Virus record (IMG/VR): IMGVR_UViG_3300023095_000001
Span: 1-43,162 of that record
DNA length: 43,162 nucleotides
Source: a virus
Lineage: Duplodnaviria > Caudoviricetes
Strand: one strand, 5' to 3'
In this document: one piece after another, positions 34,328-41,837 of the stretch
Layout: each line of letters opens with the position of its first letter
Numbering within the stretch: the stretch's first letter is position 1
Notes under the pieces: model-generated
Told to the model about the DNA's origin: nothing
Database searches by the model: none
What the model saw: only the letters and a program-made list of their open reading frames with translations
Position numbers and translations under genes: made by a program

Positions 34328-34432
34328 AAAAAACCCGCAACACTCGAATGCTACGGGTTTTCCCTATCAAATTAAATAGTTTGATAATTGACTGTTAGAC
34401 GTTTCGAGCCGATAAAACAGTACGCAAACATA
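34328..34432 (-). promoter_or_regulatory. leader C: promoter, hairpins and terminator with complementary loops (CUCGAA/UUCGAG)
   Basis: TATGTTTG at 34425-34432; hairpin 34391-34421; middle hairpin 34365-34386; terminator stem 34330-34361. Confidence 0.75.
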
Positions 34433-34441
34433 AACATTATT

Positions 34442-34849
34442 TTACACTTCGAGCCACTTTTCCCAATTAATTATAAAATAAAAAAACACGAACATTGCAA
34501 ACAACCCCGATATAAAGTAATGAAAGCAAAGCCATTCGGATTGTGTTTGATCGATTATATTTTCAGTTCCATCAAGGCAAAACCCCAATCTTTGCATATA
34601 AATCACGCTACAAAATATAGCCTGTGAGATTGAAAATATATTGAAAGCGAATAATGATCCAATAGCAGCCGAAACAATTACATTCTTTTTTTGACCGTCA
34701 TACTTAACAGCAATCCACGCAAGCAAATACAACCACTCAATACTGTAAATAAGACCTGAAAAATAGTAGTAATATCCAAAGTGATCTAAATACAAAATAG
34801 CCACACTCCAAAGGAATATGGCTATAATATGTTTGTGCAAAACGCTCAT
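34442..34849 (-). CDS. multi-pass membrane protein
   Basis: 135 aa, about 4 hydrophobic aromatic-rich segments. Confidence 0.7.
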   Translation of the reverse strand: MSVLHKHIIAIFLWSVAILYLDHFGYYYYFSGLIYSIEWLYLLAWIAVKYDGQKKNVIVSAAIGSLFAFNIFSISQAIFCSVIYMQRLGFCLDGTENIIDQTQSEWLCFHYFISGLFAMFVFFYFIINWEKWLEV

Positions 34850-35011
34850 TTAAGAGGTCGGTCTTGTTGGTCTTGGATGAATCCCAGCTCTTGCCCAGTC
34901 AACGGTCTGCACTAAATTCCCGGCTGCTTCTTCTGCCAAAACCATATCTAATAATTCCTGTGCTTCTGCTGGTGATTTAGGCGCTCTCGTCCTGATGATA
35001 ACTATGTCCAT
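34850..35011 (-). CDS. 53-aa peptide with Pro/Arg-rich C-terminus (not in ORF track)
   Basis: MDIVIIRTRAPKSPAEAQELLDMVLAEEAAGNLVQTVDWARAGIHPRPTRPTS; fills the gap, and its TAA abuts the next ATG. Confidence 0.65.
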   Translation of the reverse strand: MDIVIIRTRAPKSPAEAQELLDMVLAEEAAGNLVQTVDWARAGIHPRPTRPTS

Positions 35012-35030
35012 TTGTATAAAAATTAATTGG

Positions 35031-35552
35031 TTACTTTTCTGTAATTAAAACATCTACCGGAGCACTCGGAACAACAACCGTCGCAGCGGCCAATAATTCT
35101 AAGCCTAACACGGTTAAGGATGCGCGCGAAAATGTATTGACTGTAAATCCGGTCGTGCTGATAGCTGATATTCTCAAAAATTGATTTGTAGCTGATTGGT
35201 TCACCATATTAGCTTGGATGTTCGGAGCGACTGCATAAGGCGTAGCGAATGTTACCGTGTACACTCCTGATGCGTTTGTAGTTCCTGAGTATGGCGTTGA
35301 CCTTTTAATAGGAGCGATTACATTAAGTTGTTTGGTAGTATTATTATGCACAACCAAACTATCGGAAGCCGTTCCTTTGGCGTGGTAATTCACTTTCAAA
35401 CTTTCAATAGTAGCATCGGTAAAGAAGTAAGAAACCGGATTCGTACCGATTGGCCCATCTTCTTGGTTTTCGCTGTATGATGCAAAAAAACAGTAAATCA
35501 CAAACATCCCGAGTAATGCCGCCATAGTTTTGGCGAAGTTTTGATATTTCAT
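35031..35552 (-). CDS. N-terminal TM/signal plus fibre-tip-like beta domain protein
   Basis: AALLGMFVIYCFFA; GVYTVTFATPYAVAP...STTGFTV. Confidence 0.65.
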   Translation of the reverse strand: MKYQNFAKTMAALLGMFVIYCFFASYSENQEDGPIGTNPVSYFFTDATIESLKVNYHAKGTASDSLVVHNNTTKQLNVIAPIKRSTPYSGTTNASGVYTVTFATPYAVAPNIQANMVNQSATNQFLRISAISTTGFTVNTFSRASLTVLGLELLAAATVVVPSAPVDVLITEK

Positions 35553-35562
35553 TTCTATAAAA

Positions 35563-37365
35563 TTAAGGTGTTAAAGTTGCTACGATTGAAAGCCAAACGT
35601 CTGCCGTTCCTGCTTCTGAGTTTTTAATGTAAATCATCGGCCCGGTTGTTACGTCTTTGGCTTGTACAACGTGACCGACCGGAACATCAGGATAAGCAGC
35701 ATTTAAAGCGGCTTTCGTCAATGCGATTGTGGATGCGCTGATAGATCCCAATTGACCTAATGTCATTAACTGTGTAGGCGAAGTCGCTGGCTGTCCTTCT
35801 GCTTGACCATTTTTTAATACCGAAAATCTGTCTGCCGTAGTTCCACCAATATTAGAACGCAAAACAAAACTTCTACCCGTTGATGTAGCTCCTGAATTAG
35901 TAAGAGTTGCCAAATCTACAGCATCGTTTAAGGCTCTGGAATAACTCAACGCAGTCGTTGTACTCCCAATACCTAATTGACCGTTATTTGCTACGTTTCC
36001 GCCCGTAAAAAATACGTTTCCGCCAACACCGATTGCATTGTTGTTAAAAATAAGCATTTGTGCGCCGTTCCGAATCGCACTCCAATTAAAGTTACTTCCC
36101 GAGGCTGTACCCAAAACCATGTTATTGTTTACAGCTGTATTTCCTAATCCCTGCCATGTCAAAGCGTACAAAGCGTCTGAATAAACCTTAGCCGCCCTTT
36201 GTGTTGGGTAAAGCGTTGTTGATGTTCCTAAATTAGCATCGTCTGATTTGTTGGAAACGTCCTCTTTTAAAGCCAAACCACCATTAACAGCCGTTTTACT
36301 CGGCGCAACCGTTGTTGATGCTGTAAGGTTGTTTTCTACTTTTCCATTCGCTACCGCATCCCTCGCAGCCGTATAAGCCGATGAGATTCCGACTACGGGT
36401 GTTGTCGTGTTATTTGCTACGGTTGTTTCTCCTGATACACCTGTGACGTTTGTAACCGTTCCGTTTCCTGTTCCGGCTCCAATGTAAGTTCGTACGTTAG
36501 CCGCACTCGTTTGGGTTAATATACCACGCCCAAATGAATCTGTTGTAAGTGCTGCAATAGCAGTTAAATCTGAATCAAGAGGTTGGGATGTTGAGTTGGG
36601 AGAGTTGTCACCTGTATTGGTTCCCGACAAAGCGCCTCCGTTAATTAATCCTGAAAAACTAATGTCTTTTACATTTAAGATATTCATCAGGTTCATATCC
36701 AAATCTTCAGTTGCTGGGTTTTGGAATCCGCCGCCGCCAGGGAAGTTATCAATTACCCATTGTTCACCCGCAACCCTGTCAGTACCCGCTGCTAAGTCTG
36801 GGAATATCCAAGTTCCTGTGTAATCGGTAGGCGTTTCAAATAAAACCTGAGTGTTTCCTGTTTCTGATAGGTTTGAAAATCCATTGAATGAATATGCGGT
36901 GTTTTGAAATGTTCCAAACTCTTGAACCCCAAATCCACCACCTGTGATATTGGTATAATTTCCAGCCGAATCAGTAATTTTGATATAGCCTCCAATCGGA
37001 TTAAAAGGATCGGTACCATCTTCGATAAGTTCCATTCCAACACCTAAAGCTGTGTTACCGTTGTCTAGGGTTTGCTTGATGTTTTGAGATCCGCCGCCAA
37101 AGCTATCTACCCAAACAGAACCATCGTAATACTGATGTTTTCCGAGCGTCACATCAATCACTTGCGTAAACATCGTAGGACTTGAAATAGCCTCTTTTTG
37201 CGTGGTTGTCATTCTCGGAATAAGCAAACCGCCTGTTGTGGAATTTATAGAAATGTCCGTGTTTGGGTATCCTGTAATATTTGAAAGCCTTGCCCCATTA
37301 GGGAAAGGCTGCGGATTTTGAGCCAACGCCGTAAATCCTAAAAGCAGTAATAAATATTTTTTCAT
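35563..37365 (-). CDS. tail-fibre-like Gly/Thr/Asn-rich protein with a Sec signal peptide
   Basis: MKKYLLLLLGFTALA-Q; GLLIPRMTT, QPLDSDLTAIAAL, LKEDVSNKS...LYPT motifs. Confidence 0.7.
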   Translation of the reverse strand: MKKYLLLLLGFTALAQNPQPFPNGARLSNITGYPNTDISINSTTGGLLIPRMTTTQKEAISSPTMFTQVIDVTLGKHQYYDGSVWVDSFGGGSQNIKQTLDNGNTALGVGMELIEDGTDPFNPIGGYIKITDSAGNYTNITGGGFGVQEFGTFQNTAYSFNGFSNLSETGNTQVLFETPTDYTGTWIFPDLAAGTDRVAGEQWVIDNFPGGGGFQNPATEDLDMNLMNILNVKDISFSGLINGGALSGTNTGDNSPNSTSQPLDSDLTAIAALTTDSFGRGILTQTSAANVRTYIGAGTGNGTVTNVTGVSGETTVANNTTTPVVGISSAYTAARDAVANGKVENNLTASTTVAPSKTAVNGGLALKEDVSNKSDDANLGTSTTLYPTQRAAKVYSDALYALTWQGLGNTAVNNNMVLGTASGSNFNWSAIRNGAQMLIFNNNAIGVGGNVFFTGGNVANNGQLGIGSTTTALSYSRALNDAVDLATLTNSGATSTGRSFVLRSNIGGTTADRFSVLKNGQAEGQPATSPTQLMTLGQLGSISASTIALTKAALNAAYPDVPVGHVVQAKDVTTGPMIYIKNSEAGTADVWLSIVATLTP

Positions 37366-37379
37366 AAGTGTAATTTAAA

Positions 37380-37961
37380 TTATTGGACTAAAATATCAAC
37401 ATCGTCACCATCAAAGAAATCCCAAACAACATCAACGTTAGATCCTGTTTGCGACCAAGCCGATTTGGGAACATAACCACGTGCCGAATGAACCTGAATA
37501 GCTATTTTGCCACCTGTTAAGGTAAATGTTTTTGGATTACCCTCTGTTGCGGTAAATGTTTGGGTAGTGGCAATTGAACCGCCACCGCCAATAGTCCCTA
37601 AATTCACCAATCCGTTACCGTCTGGTGTGTAATTCTCGTCATTTACTGTGATACTGGTTACTGCGCCTCCTGGCGGCACGTAATCCATCATTCCCGTATA
37701 GCGAATTTCAATTAATCTGGCAAGTAACGCCTGTTTTGAGCTATACGTTTCAATTACGCCATTTCCGACCTGAATAGAAACATCAGTAAACAAATACTGA
37801 AACCGTCTTGCTCCGGAACCGCCGTTACCTTCTTTTATCTGAAAATAATTCTGGTCAATATCAATAAAGAATTTAGACACGAAAAACTCCAAGGCTATTT
37901 CAAAATCTTTATGACCAAAAATACCTTCGCTGTATTTCTTTATTAATAGTTTCCTTGCCAT
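37380..37961 (-). CDS. tail-associated protein
   Basis: VTSITVN...PDGNGLVNL fibre motif; in the tail cluster. Confidence 0.55.
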   Translation of the reverse strand: MARKLLIKKYSEGIFGHKDFEIALEFFVSKFFIDIDQNYFQIKEGNGGSGARRFQYLFTDVSIQVGNGVIETYSSKQALLARLIEIRYTGMMDYVPPGGAVTSITVNDENYTPDGNGLVNLGTIGGGGSIATTQTFTATEGNPKTFTLTGGKIAIQVHSARGYVPKSAWSQTGSNVDVVWDFFDGDDVDILVQ

Positions 37962-38794
37962 TACTTCTCTATTTTAATCAAAAACGCCGCCTCGTTGTAA
38001 GTGATTGATGAACCCGTGTTGTTTGTAACCGGAATTGTCACAAAACCAGGAAAACTAACATAAGCCTTGCCCCAAGTGCCACCCAATATCATAATTGCGT
38101 TTCTAACCCCGTAATGAACGATGTTTCCGTCCTGCGCTTCAGGCATTGCTACAACTTGCGTTGTGCTTGCTCCGGCTGCTACGGTTCCAAAAGTTAACGA
38201 TACTGATTTGCCTAATAATTCAGGTTCAGCGTACACGCTTGGAAAACCTGTTTTGTTAGGATCTGCTTCGACTTTCAAACCATCTAACCAAAACGTGCTA
38301 TCTGCTGCACCACTTGTGAACGTACCTTTGAACGAAACAACATCTCCTGCGGTTAAATTCATTATTTGCGAGAACCGCTGCCATACATTTTCACTTTCCG
38401 ACCCTTGGATTAAATCAGCTTGTATTTGAACCGGATTAATGCCGTTAATGTAAAATTCGGCGATAAAATTAGGATCATCGCCTAACAAATCCTCATGATA
38501 CGTTTCAAATGAAACAACATACATTCCGGTTTGCTCAGCGGTAAAATTTAAAGCATCTGCCAAATCAAAATACAAAGTCGTGTCTGCGGTGCTGTTAATA
38601 CGCAAAGCCTTTGTTCCGTATCTGTGATGTGTCGCATCGTTTATAACAGTTCCCGGAGTTACGCCAACGCCAGAAACATTCCAAGCTTGCGTTTCATTGA
38701 AAGTTGAAGCGTACGGAAGTAAATTCCTGCTGAAATCAGGGCGTATTGTAGGATTGAAAGTAGCTAGTATAATTGCCATAATGTAATTTATCAT
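37961..38794 (-). CDS. carbohydrate-binding-like (jelly-roll) tail-associated protein
   Basis: RNLL...STF, WQRFS, FWLDGLKVE pattern. Confidence 0.55.
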   Translation of the reverse strand: MINYIMAIILATFNPTIRPDFSRNLLPYASTFNETQAWNVSGVGVTPGTVINDATHHRYGTKALRINSTADTTLYFDLADALNFTAEQTGMYVVSFETYHEDLLGDDPNFIAEFYINGINPVQIQADLIQGSESENVWQRFSQIMNLTAGDVVSFKGTFTSGAADSTFWLDGLKVEADPNKTGFPSVYAEPELLGKSVSLTFGTVAAGASTTQVVAMPEAQDGNIVHYGVRNAIMILGGTWGKAYVSFPGFVTIPVTNNTGSSITYNEAAFLIKIEK

Positions 38795-38795
38795 T

Positions 38796-39317
38796 TTATT
38801 GTTTTTGGTCGTAAATCATGTCTAGGGTTGTGATTCCAAAAGGTAATTGTCCGTAGCATTTCAAAACAGGTGTGCCTGAAATCCATCCAATTGCGAATTG
38901 TGCTATTGTCGAAGTTCCGTTAAAACCTCTTTGCGTGCTGATTTTAGGAAGTCCGGTTGCAGGGTCTTCAATATCGCTAGGCATAAAGTTGTTGATATAA
39001 CTTCCGGCATCAGGCTTGAATGAAAATAAATTGAACCCATTCAGCGCAGAACTTGTTAAATTGTTAATCACAATATCCATTCTTATTTGGCTCCCAATTT
39101 GTCTGAAGCAAATATTTGCGGTTAAAGTTCCAGATGTTCCACCAGGCAATGCCGTAGTCACAATGTTTGTTTGTGTTGTAAGGTTGTCAAAAACAGGCGT
39201 GTTAAACACTGAACTAAGCGTGTTTTCTTCAACCGTTGCATGATTGGCTTTTAATACCTTTGGCGTTGCGTTTCTGATAAACGTCTGGATTTGCCCAAAT
39301 ATTACTGAATATCTCAT
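38796..39317 (-). CDS. putative short fibre/decoration protein
   Basis: Helical N-terminus (IQTFIRN...ANHATVE) plus a beta C-domain (FRQIGSQI). Confidence 0.5.
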   Translation of the reverse strand: MRYSVIFGQIQTFIRNATPKVLKANHATVEENTLSSVFNTPVFDNLTTQTNIVTTALPGGTSGTLTANICFRQIGSQIRMDIVINNLTSSALNGFNLFSFKPDAGSYINNFMPSDIEDPATGLPKISTQRGFNGTSTIAQFAIGWISGTPVLKCYGQLPFGITTLDMIYDQKQ

Positions 39318-39320
39318 ATT

Positions 39321-40520
39321 TTAATTTGTAAAGTAATCATCTGATTCGTAATCATCATCATCGTAATCGCCGTCCGCTATGCTAAACTCCCAATCAACAA
39401 CATACTCACTTTGCCCGAACGGAAACGAAAACAAACTTTCATCAAAAGTAATATAATATTCGCCGTTTTCATCAGCAGCGGCTTGATTTATTTCAAAGGA
39501 ATTGTCTGTTACGACAATATCCGACTGAGTGAAAGTATTTACTATCGAACCGTCAGAAACTTTCCTAACGTACAAGTTTCCAACGCCCAATGTAATCGGG
39601 TAGTTGAATTGACCTTGTATTGTTGGCAGCAGTCCTGCTAATGTATAAACCCCGACCGGATAAATTGGCGAGAATGATAAAAGCGGTGCGATTTGTAATC
39701 CTCTTTGGTGTATGTCCAATTCATTAGGCTTGCCTATTATTTCACCATCATAAAAGTTGCTGTTTCCTTGTCTTTCACCTACAACAACCTGATTAGACGT
39801 GTAACGTGTTCCTTCTATGTAAAACCTTGGAGAGCCACACCATCCGATTAATTTAGTCAACGCATAGTCCGTAGCGTTTAAAAGTATAAATCTTCTTGCG
39901 TATGAAGTGTTTTGCTCTGAAGATATTGTTACGCCAACGGCTCCGGATTGTGTTGGGGCTTGTTGATATTCTTCAGACTGAGTGTTGTTGATTAGATTGC
40001 TGTAAAATCCTTTCAGCCCAAACGACTGCATGAAATTAAAGTTCGTATAATCAACGCCGTTGTTCATTCCGTAACCTCTGTAATCGATGCGTAACACTTC
40101 TTTTAGATTATACGCCACGTGAAATGGATTGCTGTAAATCACTAAATCACTAACAGGTTCGCCACCCGCCCAATGCGATATTTTAAGGTAACATTTACGC
40201 CCCCAGTTCGGGTAAAAGTCGCCAATGTAAGCAATTTCAACCGCTATATTCTGATAACCGGATTCCGAGTTTGAACCCTGATAAATGAAAACGTTACTGG
40301 TAATGTCTTTGAGTACCTTATCGCAGCAATCAACTAATTCGGCTTTGTAGTCGCCGCCGAAATTAACATCGGTGTTGAAGTTGGATATTTGAAGGTACTC
40401 TTCAACAGGAGAAACGCATAAGAACGACCAATCAAACACATTGGCTACTTTACTATCGCCTAGTTCTTTGGCGGCATTTAAAGAGGTTTTAAAGCGTAAA
40501 AGTGCGTTGTCAATTGTCAT
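39321..40520 (-). CDS. tail/baseplate structural protein with Ig-like domain and acidic Tyr-repeat tail (start probably MTIDNALL)
   Basis: YSNPF, FNYPITLGVGNL Ig-like segment, C-terminal GDYDDDDYESDDYFTN; the track start at 40550 lies inside a terminator. Confidence 0.7.
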   Translation of the reverse strand: MTIDNALLRFKTSLNAAKELGDSKVANVFDWSFLCVSPVEEYLQISNFNTDVNFGGDYKAELVDCCDKVLKDITSNVFIYQGSNSESGYQNIAVEIAYIGDFYPNWGRKCYLKISHWAGGEPVSDLVIYSNPFHVAYNLKEVLRIDYRGYGMNNGVDYTNFNFMQSFGLKGFYSNLINNTQSEEYQQAPTQSGAVGVTISSEQNTSYARRFILLNATDYALTKLIGWCGSPRFYIEGTRYTSNQVVVGERQGNSNFYDGEIIGKPNELDIHQRGLQIAPLLSFSPIYPVGVYTLAGLLPTIQGQFNYPITLGVGNLYVRKVSDGSIVNTFTQSDIVVTDNSFEINQAAADENGEYYITFDESLFSFPFGQSEYVVDWEFSIADGDYDDDDYESDDYFTN

Positions 40521-40534
40521 GGTGTAAATATAAT

Positions 40535-40564
40535 AAAAAATCCTTACCATTACAGCAAGGATTT
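40535..40564 (-). terminator. intrinsic terminator followed by variant -7 box TATATTTA
   Basis: AAATCCTTGC/GTAAGGATTT followed by a T run. Confidence 0.75.
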
Positions 40565-40713
40565 AAAAGTGGTATTAAAAATGTAATATTGATGAAACTC
40601 TGATCCTTTTTTAAAAACTAAGGTTATTTTAGGCGGTACGTATTTCCAAAGTTCTAAAACTCGTTTTCTTTTGATTTTGTTTTTATGGACTTTAAAATAA
40701 TTTTGCCGCTTCA

Positions 40714-41454
40714 TCAATCTACAATTTTAACGTTAAGTTGTTCTTCGGCTTCTTTTCGCGTTAGGGTTGGGATATCCCGTCCAATACAATCCCTTTGCGA
40801 AATCAATTCTTTGTTTTCTTTTACAAGCTCTTGCAAATCATAAACCAACCTTTCGGATTTTTGAATTAAGGTTTCTTCATAATTGTCAGGTTTAACTTTT
40901 AAAGCCTTAATCGCAGCATCAACAGCCATAAGCGGAACATTCACCTCTTTAGGCATTATCTCTGATAGTTTGATGATTGGGAGGTCAACTCCATAATAAT
41001 GAATCGCAAGCTCTTTTAACCGAGCGTAGTGCCTTTTAAAAACAATATCTCCCCTGCTTATTTTTTCGTTTAAATAAACCTCTAACATAGCGTGTTCAGG
41101 AAACGCCTCTTTCAAAACATCCCTAAGCAAATCCAGATTATTACAATCCTTTTCAATCTGATGCGTTCCGTGTTTGATTGCCTCACAAGCTGCTTTAAAC
41201 GGCATTTTTGAAGTGTCGCCAAGGATTAACGCTTTCATTTGTGAGTAGGTTAGTGGGTTTATTGGATTTGAATTTGAAGCAATAAATGTTTCGTCGAAAT
41301 ATAGCATAAAACCCCATTCCGACAGGTAAGATATTTCTTCTTCATTTTTAAATTTATATCCTTTTGATATCAATAATTGCCAAATTTCTTTCCTTTCCTC
41401 TGCCGTACTGTTTTCGATGCTCATTCCATCACCGATTTTGAAAATGTGTTTCAT
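40714..41454 (-). CDS. hypothetical non-structural protein in a moron
   Basis: 246 aa; C-terminal LTRKEAEEQLNVKIVD. Confidence 0.75.
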   Translation of the reverse strand: MKHIFKIGDGMSIENSTAEERKEIWQLLISKGYKFKNEEEISYLSEWGFMLYFDETFIASNSNPINPLTYSQMKALILGDTSKMPFKAACEAIKHGTHQIEKDCNNLDLLRDVLKEAFPEHAMLEVYLNEKISRGDIVFKRHYARLKELAIHYYGVDLPIIKLSEIMPKEVNVPLMAVDAAIKALKVKPDNYEETLIQKSERLVYDLQELVKENKELISQRDCIGRDIPTLTRKEAEEQLNVKIVD

Positions 41455-41458
41455 AATG

Positions 41459-41686
41459 TTATTTTTTATAAATTAATATTAATAGTATTACAACAATAGA
41501 AACTATTACTATAGATGCGTAATAAACTTTAATAAACAAAATAGCACCTTCTATTTGTTTACGTTTTATCTCTGACAACATTTTGTCTATATCTTTTATT
41601 TTATCTATCGCAATCTTTTTTTCCTCTGTAGTGCTTTTTTCGCTATAGATAATGTTTTTTAAAAATGTAATACTTTCTTTTTCCAT
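41459..41686 (-). CDS. small C-terminal-TM protein, first gene of a moron
   Basis: 75 aa, very AT-rich, TM helix at the C-terminus. Confidence 0.65.
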   Translation of the reverse strand: MEKESITFLKNIIYSEKSTTEEKKIAIDKIKDIDKMLSEIKRKQIEGAILFIKVYYASIVIVSIVVILLILIYKK

Positions 41687-41702
41687 AATCCTAATTATTT
41701 AT

Positions 41703-41837
41703 AAAACGCGAAAACCCGACAAATTAGAGGTTCGTCGGGTCACGGTTTCAGAAGTTAAACTATTAATTCAACTCTGTATATCGTACAATTGGAATCCCTC
41801 TAATATTCCGCTTGTTATATTTCAGTAGACAATATTA
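41703..41837 (-). promoter_or_regulatory. leader D: hairpins and terminator with complementary loops (AUUAGAGG/CCUCUAAU)
   Basis: Variant -7 box TAATATTG at 41830-41837; hairpin 41791-41809; middle hairpin ~41750-41775; terminator stem 41714-41740. Confidence 0.7.
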
